DNA of 64,000 bases from Lysobacterales bacterium (GCA_046347015.1 JAXMHA010000005.1:65747-129746); one strand, 5' to 3'. Shown: positions 46,542 through 56,294, numbered from the stretch's first letter. Program-made: numbers and translations. Notes: generated by a model from the letters alone, not told the origin.

Positions 46542-46946
46542 TCAGTGCGGGCGGCGGCCGTCGAAGCCGTCGGCGAACACGCTGTCGATGACCGTCACCG
46601 AACCACGCATGCCGCCATTCAGGTCACCATGCGCCTCACAGTAGTAACCGACGGTGCCGACGCGATTGAACTGCACCATGACGCTCCAGGGTTCGGTGCT
46701 CGGCGCGTTGTTGGTCGTGCAGTTGAGCGAGCAAATGAAGCGGCCATCGTCGGCGTGCACGTTGTGCAGCCCGCCGGCATTGCGGAAATTGATCGTGTCG
46801 CCTTGCTTGATCACGACATTCGACGGCGTGAACGTCATGTCCGGGTTGGCAGTGACGATCACGACATCGGCGAACGCCGGGGCCGCCATCCCGGCGAGGC
46901 CGGCGACAAGCGCAAACGCGAGCGGCGCCCTCCGGCGTATCGTCAT
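46542..46946 (-). CDS. Secreted cupredoxin (plastocyanin/azurin-like blue copper protein)
   Basis: Signal peptide MTIRRRAPLAFALVAGLAGMAAPAFA. Copper-ligand context HNVH...YYCEAHGDLNGGMRGSVTV. C-terminal tail VFADGFDGRRPH. Confidence 0.8.
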   Translation of the reverse strand: MTIRRRAPLAFALVAGLAGMAAPAFADVVIVTANPDMTFTPSNVVIKQGDTINFRNAGGLHNVHADDGRFICSLNCTTNNAPSTEPWSVMVQFNRVGTVGYYCEAHGDLNGGMRGSVTVIDSVFADGFDGRRPH

Positions 46947-48352
46947 CCCATGAATCCGAGATCGGCGCTGGCGAAGCGGCCGAGGTTCGGGAAGATGTCG
47001 CCGATCCCACCGGAATCGACGCCAAACCAGCCCGCGAGCGTCGCCGCGTACTGGTCTACCGCCGTCGTCGGGATGATCTGGCCCCAGCCGGTGTCGTCCG
47101 GATTGCTGGCCGGATTGCCATCCTCGTAAGGCGCCAGCGATGGCAGCGTGCCGAAGAACCGCCCGCCGTTGACCGCATCACCAAGCACGAAGTGGTGTCC
47201 GCCCCAGCCGTGGTCGGTGCCGTCCTCGTTGACGGCGAGCGAGCGACCGAAATCCGACGCGGTGAATGCCGTCACGTCGCCGCCGGTGCCGAGTTCCGCC
47301 ATTGCCGCCTGGAACGCCGCGAGTCCTTGCGACAGGTCCGCCAGGTCGTCGTTCTGGGTGTCCAGTTGCTCGGAGTGCGTGTCATAGGCGCCGGTCGAAA
47401 TGAAGAACACCTGCCGGCTCATGCCGAGCGCGTCGCGCACGCTGATCACTTTCGCGATCATCGCCAACTGGTTGCCGAAGTCGGAGTCCGGGAACGCCGT
47501 CTGCAGCACCGGTGCACCGGCAAGCGCGGTGTCGAGTAATCGGTAGTTGGTGATCGTCCGCGACATCGACTGCGCGAACTGGCGCTCGAGGGCGTTGGCC
47601 TGCGTGCCGGGTTCGATCAGCGCGGCATAGGCGGCGGCGCCATCGGGGTTGTCGCCGATGACCCACGATTCGGGGCCGTTGTCGGCATAGCTGAGGCGAT
47701 TCACGCCACCCGAGTCCAACGCGTACGGACTGACGATCGTGCCGCGCTGGAACCGGTTCGCGCCGTCCAGCGAGATCGACATCGGCAACTGCCCGCTGTT
47801 GGTCGCGTACAGCAGGTCGGCAATGCGCCCGCCCCAGCCATCGGCATTGCTGTCGTCGGGACGCGAGGTTTGCCACTGCGTGGTCTGGTCGTCGTGCGAG
47901 TAAAGCTGGGGCGGCAGGACCACGGTGCCGTTCTGGTAGTCGGCTTGGGTCGTCGGGTACAGCAACGTGCCGACATTGGCGACGACCGCCAGCTTGCCGG
48001 AGTTGAAGAGTCCGGCGAGTTCCGGCATGGCCGGATGCATGCCGTAGTTGGATGGGCCGCCACCGGGCTGCGGCGTCAACGCATGCAGCCCATCGAGCGC
48101 GAGCGCGCCGCGGGACGCAACGTAGTCCGCCCGCTCGCTGCCGCTGACCGGAACCACGGTGTTGAAGGCATCGTTTCCGCCTGCGAGAAATACGCACAGC
48201 AATGCCTTGTAGTCGGTGAGCGGGCGCGCTCGCCGGCCCGCGGCGGCGGCGGCAGCGATGAGCTTCAGCGAGCCGGAGGCCGAAAACAGCCCGGCTCCAC
48301 CGAGCGCGGCGGCGATGCTGGTGCGGATGAAGGCACGACGGTTGACGATCAT
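46943..48352 (-). CDS. DUF1501 family protein (Tat-signal, sulfatase/phosphatase-like fold)
   Basis: ATG 48352: MIVNRRAFIRTSIAAALGGAGLF (twin-arginine), FLAGGNDAFNTVVP, TASDFGR, GTDHGWGGHHFVLG. GTG 48364 is an alternative start. ATGA overlap with the cupredoxin start. Confidence 0.85.
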   Translation of the reverse strand: MIVNRRAFIRTSIAAALGGAGLFSASGSLKLIAAAAAAGRRARPLTDYKALLCVFLAGGNDAFNTVVPVSGSERADYVASRGALALDGLHALTPQPGGGPSNYGMHPAMPELAGLFNSGKLAVVANVGTLLYPTTQADYQNGTVVLPPQLYSHDDQTTQWQTSRPDDSNADGWGGRIADLLYATNSGQLPMSISLDGANRFQRGTIVSPYALDSGGVNRLSYADNGPESWVIGDNPDGAAAYAALIEPGTQANALERQFAQSMSRTITNYRLLDTALAGAPVLQTAFPDSDFGNQLAMIAKVISVRDALGMSRQVFFISTGAYDTHSEQLDTQNDDLADLSQGLAAFQAAMAELGTGGDVTAFTASDFGRSLAVNEDGTDHGWGGHHFVLGDAVNGGRFFGTLPSLAPYEDGNPASNPDDTGWGQIIPTTAVDQYAATLAGWFGVDSGGIGDIFPNLGRFASADLGFMG

Positions 48353-48360
48353 CGCGGGCC

Positions 48361-50187
48361 TCACTTCTGGACCGAGTATTCGGGGGAATTCAGGATCAGG
48401 TACAGCGCGTGCTGCACCCGTACGCGGCCGAGATCGCTGCCATAGTCTTCGGCAGTGAGCAGGTTCAGCCGATTGACGATCACGGAACGCATGAACGGCG
48501 ACATTTGCCCCGACATCAGCAGCGTCGAGTACTGGTCGACGAGTGCACCGGGATCACTGGCCGCGAGCGCGGCGTCACGGGCTTCGTCGAGCTGCAGGGT
48601 ATCGTCGAAGTCGGCCCCCCAGCAGTCTTCGCTGCCGGTGTAGTTGCAGAACACCTGGTGGAAGATGAAGTTGGCCGTCGCGACCGACGTCGTGTCGGTC
48701 ATGATCTGGAACTCCGGTCCCAGGAGGCCACGGTCGGACAGCTCGCCCGGCGGCGAATAGTCGGGCTTGAAGAAATTGAACACGGTGGGTGAGCGCCCCG
48801 GCGCCTCGCCGATCTGCTCCTCGAGCGGCGGCCACGGATTGATCGTCCCGGGCTCGCCACTGGCCGACTGCGCATCCAGCGCACGCCACATCTGCGTCAA
48901 CCGCAGCAACGGCTCGCGCAATCTCCCGAACGTGTCCGGTTGTTGCCACTGGCCGTAGCGGGCCTCGGGATCGAGCAGGATCGCACGCACGACCGCCGCG
49001 AGGTCGCCCCGTACACCCTGCCCGTTGTCGTTGAACACCGCCGTGATGCGTGCGACGTAGGCCGGGCTCGGATTGCTGGTGACGAGGTTCCTGATGAGCC
49101 GCGTGCCGATGAACGGGCCGACGTTGGGGTGGTGGAAGATGTTGTCGAGCGCAGCGGTCATCTCGGCCTGCGCGTCGCCGCCGTGGACCAGCACGCCATT
49201 CGGCAGCGCGACGCCGGGATAGACCAGCAGTTGCTTGTCCGACGTGTTGTCGTGGTAGGCCTCGACCGGCTGCATCGGCAGCATCCACGGCGGGTCGTCC
49301 TGGTTGGCGGGGCCACACCAGAAGTACGTATCCTCGTCGCAGCAGGTGAAGGTGGAATCCCCGCAACCGGTGTTGTTCCAGTTCCAGCCGGTGAACACGG
49401 CCGCGAAGCCGCGCACCGCGGTCTGGTCGTACGTCGGTACCGGCTCGCCGCCGCTCATGACCGGCGTGCCGTCCGGATGCAGTTGCACGAGGCCGATCGA
49501 GAACAGCTGGTTCACCTCGCGCGCGTAGTTCTCGTCGGGATGGATGTTCTCGTCCGGGTCGGCCTTCTGGTTCTCGATCATCGTCAGCCAGATGCCCATC
49601 ACCGGGTTCTTGGTGACGTCCTCGAGCAGGGTGCGGAAATTGCCGAAGGCATCCCTCGCCAGAAGGTCGAAATAATTCCCGAGTCCCCAAGGCTGGTCGA
49701 CGAGAATGCCGTTGTTGTTCGACACGACGAAAATCTGGCTCAGCGCGTAGGCGACCCGCTGGCGCAACTGGTCGGTCGGAACCTGGTTGCCACGGCTCGG
49801 GTCGGGCGTGCCGAGCGCGTTGATCGTCCACGCTTCGACCCGCGCGTCGTCACTCAACCAGTCATCCGGAAATGTCTGCACCCACCAATCGATGTACTGC
49901 GTCTCGGTCGATGCGGGCTTGGCGATCTGCTCGTCGAGCCACGCCGCGTAGCCAATGGCCCGCAAATGGGCGATGTCGGCCGAAGTCGGTCCGAACGTCG
50001 CCTGCGCCAGGAACCGCGCTGCATCGGCGTCGGTCGTCGGCCCTTCGTCGATCCCTTCGTAGCCGTCGTGGTAGATGGCGTCCGGCGCATGGCTGCCGGA
50101 ACCGGTGCGGCCCAGTGATGGCCAGCACGCCGCCAGCATCGCCAAGGCGGCAAGTAATGTCCGGGTGGATACTGCTCTGGGCCGCAT
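48361..50187 (-). CDS. DUF1800 family protein
   Basis: 608 aa with signal peptide and FLAQATFGPT..., the usual partner encoded directly upstream of DUF1501. Confidence 0.82.
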   Translation of the reverse strand: MRPRAVSTRTLLAALAMLAACWPSLGRTGSGSHAPDAIYHDGYEGIDEGPTTDADAARFLAQATFGPTSADIAHLRAIGYAAWLDEQIAKPASTETQYIDWWVQTFPDDWLSDDARVEAWTINALGTPDPSRGNQVPTDQLRQRVAYALSQIFVVSNNNGILVDQPWGLGNYFDLLARDAFGNFRTLLEDVTKNPVMGIWLTMIENQKADPDENIHPDENYAREVNQLFSIGLVQLHPDGTPVMSGGEPVPTYDQTAVRGFAAVFTGWNWNNTGCGDSTFTCCDEDTYFWCGPANQDDPPWMLPMQPVEAYHDNTSDKQLLVYPGVALPNGVLVHGGDAQAEMTAALDNIFHHPNVGPFIGTRLIRNLVTSNPSPAYVARITAVFNDNGQGVRGDLAAVVRAILLDPEARYGQWQQPDTFGRLREPLLRLTQMWRALDAQSASGEPGTINPWPPLEEQIGEAPGRSPTVFNFFKPDYSPPGELSDRGLLGPEFQIMTDTTSVATANFIFHQVFCNYTGSEDCWGADFDDTLQLDEARDAALAASDPGALVDQYSTLLMSGQMSPFMRSVIVNRLNLLTAEDYGSDLGRVRVQHALYLILNSPEYSVQK

Positions 50188-50331
50188 GTCGATCTCCCGG
50201 CAGGGGCGGTGGAAGCTGCGCCACCGGCCGAGGATCCCGTACGCAACGCCGACGACGATGGCGCCTTGAATCTATCGCCCGCGCGTGCCGGAAAAATTTG
50301 ACGCAGTGCTCAGTTGCATACCATGCGCCGA

Positions 50332-50739
50332 TCACCTTTCCGGTACGGTCGAAGCGGGCTTCCGATGGCGGGCCCGCGCGTGCCTCGCATCCACGGGCCC
50401 CCACAGCGCGGCATCGAGGTCGCGCTCCCACCCTGCGGCGGACAGATCGACGCGCCCGCTGCGGACGAGCACACCCTCGCCGGAGAGCCGCCGGACCTGT
50501 TCGCGGAAGTTGGCGCTGCCGGGCGCGAACGCCAGGTGGCCGTCGGCCCGCACCACGCGATGCCACGGCAGGTTCAGCGCATCGGACATTGCGCCGAGGA
50601 CGTGGCCGACGAGCCGCGCGCGGCCCGGCACCCCGGCCCTGCGCGCGAGTTCGCCATAGCTCGCGACCCGCCCGGGTGGAATGGCCGCCACGACGCGGGC
50701 AATGGCGTCCTGCGGCGATCGGGAGCCGGACTTCGGCAT
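50332..50739 (-). CDS. Alkyltransferase-like protein (ATL/YbaZ type, MGMT DNA-binding domain without catalytic Cys)
   Basis: ATG 50739: ...IPPGRVASYGELARRAGVPGRARLVGHVL...NLPWHRVV. This is PWHRV where active MGMT has PCHRV. Confidence 0.75.
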   Translation of the reverse strand: MPKSGSRSPQDAIARVVAAIPPGRVASYGELARRAGVPGRARLVGHVLGAMSDALNLPWHRVVRADGHLAFAPGSANFREQVRRLSGEGVLVRSGRVDLSAAGWERDLDAALWGPVDARHARARHRKPASTVPER

Positions 50740-50781
50740 CGTTGTAGCATAGCGACGATCCGGGCATCGGACGAAACCGCC

Positions 50782-51183
50782 GTGCACAGCTTCGAGCAGA
50801 TCCGGTCCCATGTCGGTCGTCGCCATGACCTGCTGACCAATGATCCCTATCTGGTCAGTTTCGACGTGCGCGTGGCCGACGGCCGCAACCAGAGCCTGTT
50901 CCTGACGGAACTCGAGGACGACGCCGGCCGGAAGCACTTGCGGATCTCGACTCCGGTCGGGCCGAGCGATGGCGTCAACATCGAGGGATGCCTCCGATTC
51001 AACTGGCAGCAGCGCACCGGATTCCTCGCGATCAGCGACCTTGACGGCTCGCCGTACCTGCACTTGTGCGAGAACCGGCCCTACGACGCGCTGACCGCGG
51101 CCGAGATCGATCGCGTGATCGACGCGCTGGCCGCGCTCGGCGACCGCATGGAGCGCGCAATGTCGGGAGGCGATGCGCTCTGA
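50782..51183 (+). CDS. Hypothetical cytoplasmic protein (133 aa)
   Basis: GTG 50782 (VHSFEQIRSHVG...). Non-Arg-rich, coding-like composition to ...LGDRMERAMSGGDAL*. The upstream part of ORF 50314.. is antisense to the ATL gene. Family not recognised. Confidence 0.45.
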   Translation: MHSFEQIRSHVGRRHDLLTNDPYLVSFDVRVADGRNQSLFLTELEDDAGRKHLRISTPVGPSDGVNIEGCLRFNWQQRTGFLAISDLDGSPYLHLCENRPYDALTAAEIDRVIDALAALGDRMERAMSGGDAL

Positions 51184-51198
51184 ATCCGGCCCCGGCGG

Positions 51199-52329
51199 TC
51201 AACCCGACCAGCCGAGTCCATGCAGGACTTCAACCAGCAGCCAGGCAATCCCCGCGGTGACCGGCAGGGTCAGGATCCACGCCCAGATCATCCGTTCGAC
51301 GATGTGCCAGCGCACGGCATTCGACCGTTTCGCGGCACCGACACCCATGATGGCCGCCGAGACGTTGTGCGTCGTCGACACCGGGATGCCGAGGTGCGAC
51401 GCCGTCAGGATCACGGTGGAGCACGCGATGTCGGCGGCAACGCCGTTCACCGGCCGCAGCTTCACGATCTTGTGGCCCAACGTCTTGACGATGCGCCAGC
51501 CGCCGACCAGCGTGCCGGACGCCATCACCAGAGCGCAAACGACCTTGATCCAGATCGGGATCGTGAACTCATGGTGCGCGCGTTCCGCGACCCGCAGGAA
51601 GCCAAGCCATTCGGGAATCCGGTCGAGGCTGCCGGCCGTGGTCGCGCTGGCGAGCGCGAGGGCGATGATGCCCATTGTTTTCTGCGCGTCGTTCATGCCG
51701 TGTGAAAAGCCCATCACGCTCGACGACAACATCTGCATCCTCGCGAACACGCGGTTGACGTGGCGGGGCCGCATGAACGGTGCCAGCGGCCCACGGTCAC
51801 CCAAGGTCGCCAGCAACGCGAACAGGAGACCCATGATCGTGAAGCCGAGCACGAATCCCGCGACCGGCGACACGACCATCGGCAGGATGACCTTCGGGAT
51901 CACGCCGCGCCCCTGCCACCAATGCACGGCCGATTCCCACCAGATGATTGCCGTCGGCGAGTTGTGTGCCGAAGCGAGCGCGGCGCCGCACAGTCCGCCG
52001 ATCAGGGCATGCGAGGAACTGGACGGCAGCCCCCACCACCACGTGATCAGGTTCCACACCACCGCGCCGAGCAGCGCGCAGATCATGATCTGCGGCGTCA
52101 GGGTGACGAGGTTGGAATCGACCAGCCCCGCCGCGATGGTCCGCGCAACCGCGGTACCCCACAGCGCGCCCAGGAGGTTCGTGACCGCGGCCAGCGCAAC
52201 CGCCTGTATCGGCGTCAGGACCTTGGTCGCGACTACCGTCGCGATCGAATTCGCGGTGTCGTGGAAGCCATTGATGTATTCGAACGCCAGCGCGACCAGG
52301 ACGACCGTCACGACCAGCGCGAGGCTCAC
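51199..52329 (-). CDS. pitA: Inorganic phosphate transporter, PiT family
   Basis: VSLALVVTVVLVALAFEYINGFHDTANSIATVV and a second GFSHGMNDAQK repeat. GTG start. Confidence 0.9.
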   Translation of the reverse strand: MSLALVVTVVLVALAFEYINGFHDTANSIATVVATKVLTPIQAVALAAVTNLLGALWGTAVARTIAAGLVDSNLVTLTPQIMICALLGAVVWNLITWWWGLPSSSSHALIGGLCGAALASAHNSPTAIIWWESAVHWWQGRGVIPKVILPMVVSPVAGFVLGFTIMGLLFALLATLGDRGPLAPFMRPRHVNRVFARMQMLSSSVMGFSHGMNDAQKTMGIIALALASATTAGSLDRIPEWLGFLRVAERAHHEFTIPIWIKVVCALVMASGTLVGGWRIVKTLGHKIVKLRPVNGVAADIACSTVILTASHLGIPVSTTHNVSAAIMGVGAAKRSNAVRWHIVERMIWAWILTLPVTAGIAWLLVEVLHGLGWSG

Positions 52330-52342
52330 GGCGCCCGGCTCC

Positions 52343-52972
52343 TCACGAGTTCTTCAGCACGATGTGGTACACCGTGTTGCCGACGTCGCGGCAGCGGTCG
52401 ATGGCCTTCTCCAGCAGTTCGAACAGGTCCTTGCGCAGCAACAGCTCGGTCGCCGCGCGCTCCTTGCGGTACAGGTCGCGATAGAGTTCCAGCATGAGGC
52501 GATCGGCCTCGCTCTCGATCGCCTGCATGCGATCGTTGAGCGCGCTCATCCGATCGAGCCGGAAGCCGCCACGCAACCCGCCGACCATTTCGACGATCAC
52601 GTCCGTGGCCTTTTCCAGCAACACCGCGCGCGACGCGTAGTCGACATCGACGAGCCGCTCGGCATACGGCACGTAGCGTTCGGCAAAACGTTCGATCGTC
52701 TTCGGGATCTTGTACAACGCAGCCGCCAGCGCCTCGATGTCCTCGCGCTCGATGGCCGTGATGAAGGTGTTCACCAGCTCGACGTTGATCTCGGCCAGGA
52801 TCTCCTTCTCGCGCCGGCGCGATGCCTTGAAATCCTCGAGCGAAGGCCCCGCGGTCGGCGAGACGAGAAGTGCAATGAGGGCTCCGGCGCTCTGCCGCGC
52901 CGCGTCGGCGCTGGCCTCGAGCAACGTGTAGAAGCGGTCTCCCTTGCCGAAGATCGTCTGCAGAGAAAACAT
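52343..52972 (-). CDS. DUF47 (PhoU-like) Pit accessory protein
   Basis: MFSLQTIFGKGDRFYTLLE...IEREDIEALA.... Conserved partner immediately upstream of PiT transporters. Confidence 0.85.
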   Translation of the reverse strand: MFSLQTIFGKGDRFYTLLEASADAARQSAGALIALLVSPTAGPSLEDFKASRRREKEILAEINVELVNTFITAIEREDIEALAAALYKIPKTIERFAERYVPYAERLVDVDYASRAVLLEKATDVIVEMVGGLRGGFRLDRMSALNDRMQAIESEADRLMLELYRDLYRKERAATELLLRKDLFELLEKAIDRCRDVGNTVYHIVLKNS

Positions 52973-53199
52973 CGGTCGCGGTTCCGGTTGGGCCGCCGCG
53001 GCGGCAGGTTTGGCGAAGCGCGCCCGCTGTTCCGCGGGAATCGCGCCGCAGGGCCGGTGGCGGGCGCGATCTTACCCTACCCGGATCGTACGCCGCGAGG
53101 CCGACTTGCCCGCGCCACTGGTAGACTCCCCGACGCCACGGGGGCAATGATCCCGGCCCGGGTCACCCCGGCGGCAACGGCCCGGGGATAGCCTCACGG

Positions 53200-54510
53200 A
53201 TGCTGATCGAAATCGCACTGGTGGTCGTGCTGGCGTTGATCAACGGCTTTTTCGCCCTGAGCGAGATGGCGTTGATGACTTCCCGCCAGAGCCGGCTGCA
53301 GTTCATGTCCACGCAGGGCCGGCGGGCCTCGATTGCATTGTCGCTGATGCAGCGCCCGGAAAGCTTCCTCGCGACGGTACAGGTCTTCATCACGTTGCTG
53401 CAGATCGGCGCCGGCACCGCACTCGGCGCGGACATCGGTGTCCGCATCGGTGCCTGGATTGGGCGCGCGGACATTGCCGCCCTCAGGCCCTACGTCGAGG
53501 TGATCGGTGTTGCGGTGAGCATCGCCGGTATCACCTTCCTCAACATGCTGCTCGGCGAGCTGGTGCCGAAACGGCTGGCCTTGATCGACCCCGAGCGTTT
53601 CGCCATCGCCGTCGCCGTGCCGATGCGGGTACTCACCTGGCTCGCGGCTCCGTTTGCGTTCGTCCTGATCGCGTTCACCCGCGGCATCGTCCGGTTGCTC
53701 GGGCGGGACCGCGTCACGCGCGACAACGTCTCCGAGGAGGAAATCCGCTTGCTCGTCGCGGAAAGCGCCAGCCAGGGCGTCATCGACTCGGACGAACGCA
53801 ACATGGTGAACCGCGTGCTGCGCCTTGGCGACCGCACCGTTGACAGCCTCATGACGCCTCGCAACCGCATTGCCTGGCTCGATGCTGCGTCGGCTGCCGA
53901 GCGGAACTTCGCCACGATGCGCGAAACGCCGTATTCGCGCTATCCCGTCTACCGTGGTGGCGAGCAGGAGATCCTCGGCGTGCTCGAAGTCAAGCGCCTG
54001 ATCGGGCTGCTTGGCGGACCCGCGCCCACCAACCTGTTCCGTTCGCTGCGAAAACCGCTGTACGTGCCGGAGACCGCGCCGGCGCTGCACCTGCTCGAGG
54101 AGTTCCGCGACGCGGAGACTCCGCTCGCCCTCGTCGTCGACGAATACGGCGACATCCAGGGACTCGTCACGCTGAACGACTTGCTGGCCGCCGTTGTCGG
54201 CCGCAGTGCGACGCCCATCAGCGAGGCCGAACGGCACCCGATCACGCAACGCGACGATGGCAGCTGGCTCGTCGACGGCAGCGTCTCCTCGGACGACGTG
54301 CGGGAATTGCTCGGGATCGCCCACCTGCCGAACGAGGACGAGCACGACTACAACACTGCTGCCGGAATGATCACCGCGCAGTTCGGGCGCATTCCGGATC
54401 CCGGTGAGTCATTCGAATGGAACGGCTTCCGGTTCGAGGTCGTCGACCTCGACGGCGCGCGCATCGACAAGCTGTTGATCACGCCACCGCGCGAATCCGG
54501 CGACGCCTGA
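53200..54510 (+). CDS. CNNM/TlyC/CorC-family protein (DUF21 + CBS pair + CorC_HlyC)
   Basis: LINGFFALSEMALMTS (DUF21), CBS region VMTPRNRIAWLD...YPVYRG, C-terminal FEWNGFRFEVVDLDGARIDKLLI. Confidence 0.88.
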   Translation: MLIEIALVVVLALINGFFALSEMALMTSRQSRLQFMSTQGRRASIALSLMQRPESFLATVQVFITLLQIGAGTALGADIGVRIGAWIGRADIAALRPYVEVIGVAVSIAGITFLNMLLGELVPKRLALIDPERFAIAVAVPMRVLTWLAAPFAFVLIAFTRGIVRLLGRDRVTRDNVSEEEIRLLVAESASQGVIDSDERNMVNRVLRLGDRTVDSLMTPRNRIAWLDAASAAERNFATMRETPYSRYPVYRGGEQEILGVLEVKRLIGLLGGPAPTNLFRSLRKPLYVPETAPALHLLEEFRDAETPLALVVDEYGDIQGLVTLNDLLAAVVGRSATPISEAERHPITQRDDGSWLVDGSVSSDDVRELLGIAHLPNEDEHDYNTAAGMITAQFGRIPDPGESFEWNGFRFEVVDLDGARIDKLLITPPRESGDA

Positions 54511-54514
54511 ACCG

Positions 54515-55279
54515 TCAGCCGCGGGCGGTGCGTTCGACGTCGGCCAGGATGCCGTGCAGGATCCTCACTTCGCGCGAATCCGGTGCCGCCCGCAGGAACA
54601 GTCGTCGCAGGCGGCGCAGGATCGTGTCGGGCTCCCGGCCCTTGTGGAAGTCGATGGCTTCGAGCGTATGTTCGAGATGGACGAACAAGGCCTCAAGCTC
54701 GGCATGCGTCGCCGGGGCCATTCGCGTCGCACCGGTCGCGAGAGCCACGGGTTCGACGCACGCCTTGCGCAGTTCCCACGCCAGCAGCTGTACTGCCTGT
54801 GCGAGGTTCAGCGATGGAAAGTCGGGATCGGAAGGGATCCGGATGGCGGCGTGACACCGCGCAATCTCGTCGTTGTCGAGGCCATTGCGCTCGTTCCCGA
54901 ACACCAGCGCGATCCGGCCTCCGCACTGGATGACGCGATGGGCCTCCTCCGCTGCCGTACCGGGATCGAGCTCGGGCATGCGCACCAACCGGTTGCGGGC
55001 CGTCGCGCCGAGGACCAGGGTGCACTCCGCAACCGCCTCGTCCAGCGACCCATGTACGCTCGCGTCTTCGAGCACGGCGACCGCGCCACTCGCGAGTGCG
55101 ACAGCTTCGGGATGAGGAAACCGATGCGGGCTCACCAGGTCGAGGCCCGTGAATCCCATCGTGCGCATCGCGCGCGCGGCGGCGCCGATGTTGCCGGGAT
55201 GCGACGTTCGCACGAGGACGAAGCGTGTGTTCGCGGCGGCCGACAGACGGCTGGCACGGCCCGGAAGCTCCGGCTTCAT
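54515..55279 (-). CDS. trmJ: tRNA (cytidine/uridine-2'-O)-methyltransferase TrmJ (SpoU class)
   Basis: RFVLVRTSHPGNIGAAARAMRTMGF..., LVFGNERNGL, IPSDPDFPSLNLAQAV. Divergent from suhB as in E. coli. Confidence 0.88.
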   Translation of the reverse strand: MKPELPGRASRLSAAANTRFVLVRTSHPGNIGAAARAMRTMGFTGLDLVSPHRFPHPEAVALASGAVAVLEDASVHGSLDEAVAECTLVLGATARNRLVRMPELDPGTAAEEAHRVIQCGGRIALVFGNERNGLDNDEIARCHAAIRIPSDPDFPSLNLAQAVQLLAWELRKACVEPVALATGATRMAPATHAELEALFVHLEHTLEAIDFHKGREPDTILRRLRRLFLRAAPDSREVRILHGILADVERTARG

Positions 55280-55419
55280 GCGAATGTCCTGCCGCACATG
55301 CCGGTCTCGACCTTGAATCCTCGCCGGGCTCCGGAATCGCGATCTGCTACGCTGCCGGACTGTCCCGGCAGACGACCGTGTCGTTTCCGCCGGCTTCCAT
55401 CCGAGGCCAGAATCCCGAC

Positions 55420-56217
55420 ATGAGCCGACCCGCGATCAACGTGGCGACCCGCGCCGCCCGTGCCGCCGGGAGGATCATCCTGCGCCACGCCAACCGGCTC
55501 GGCAGCCTCGCCGTCATCGAGAAGCATCACCTGGATTTCGTTTCCGAGGTCGATCGCCTGGCCGAAGCGGAAATCATACGGGAATTGCGTCGCGCCTATC
55601 CCGCGCACGCGTTCGTTGGCGAAGAGGGCGGCGCAGTCGGCAAGTCTCGCCATGTCTGGATGATCGATCCGCTCGACGGGACGCACAACTACCTGCGGGG
55701 GTTCCCGCACTACTCGGTCTCGATCGCGCTGCTCGAGGACGGTGAACCGGTGCACGGCGTCGTCTACGACCCGCTGCATGAAGAACTGTTCATCGCCAGC
55801 AAGGGGGACGGGGCATTCCTCAACGACCGTCGCATCCGCGTCACCGGCCGCGAGGGCCTCGACGGCGCGTTGCTGGCCACGGGGTTCCCGTTCCGTGAGC
55901 GCGAGCGACTCGGCGCCCAGATCGACATGACGCGCGCCTTGCTGGCGAAGGCCGAAGACATTCGCCGCACCGGGTCGGCGGCCCTCGACCTCGCGTATAC
56001 CGCTGCCGGTCGCCTCGACGGTTACTTCGAAACCGGCCTCAAGCCATGGGACATGGCAGCCGGCTGCCTGCTGGTTCGGGAAGCCGGCGGCCGCTACGGC
56101 GATTTCTCGGGGCGTGACGGAATTCCTGCGACCGGGAACCTGCTCGCCGGTAACGTGCATGTCACGGCGGCAATGGTGTCGACGCTGGCGCCGGTATTGC
56201 CACCTGAATTGCGCTGA
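55420..56217 (+). CDS. suhB: Inositol monophosphatase family protein SuhB
   Basis: ATG 55420: ...DFVSEVDRLAE..., WMIDPLDGTHNYLRGFPHYSVSIAL, AALDLAYTAAGRLDGYFE. Confidence 0.9.
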   Translation: MSRPAINVATRAARAAGRIILRHANRLGSLAVIEKHHLDFVSEVDRLAEAEIIRELRRAYPAHAFVGEEGGAVGKSRHVWMIDPLDGTHNYLRGFPHYSVSIALLEDGEPVHGVVYDPLHEELFIASKGDGAFLNDRRIRVTGREGLDGALLATGFPFRERERLGAQIDMTRALLAKAEDIRRTGSAALDLAYTAAGRLDGYFETGLKPWDMAAGCLLVREAGGRYGDFSGRDGIPATGNLLAGNVHVTAAMVSTLAPVLPPELR

Positions 56218-56234
56218 CCACGCGTCAACGGCAC

Positions 56235-56267
56235 AAAAGAAAAGCCCGGCCGTGAGGCCGGGCTTTT
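56235..56267. terminator. Bidirectional rho-independent terminator between suhB and ompA-like gene
   Basis: AAAAGAAAAGCCCGGCC-GTGA-GGCCGGGCTTTT: 9-bp GC stem flanked by an A-run and a T-run. Confidence 0.85.
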
Positions 56268-56294
56268 CCATCACTCCGATTGTCGCGGGACGAC

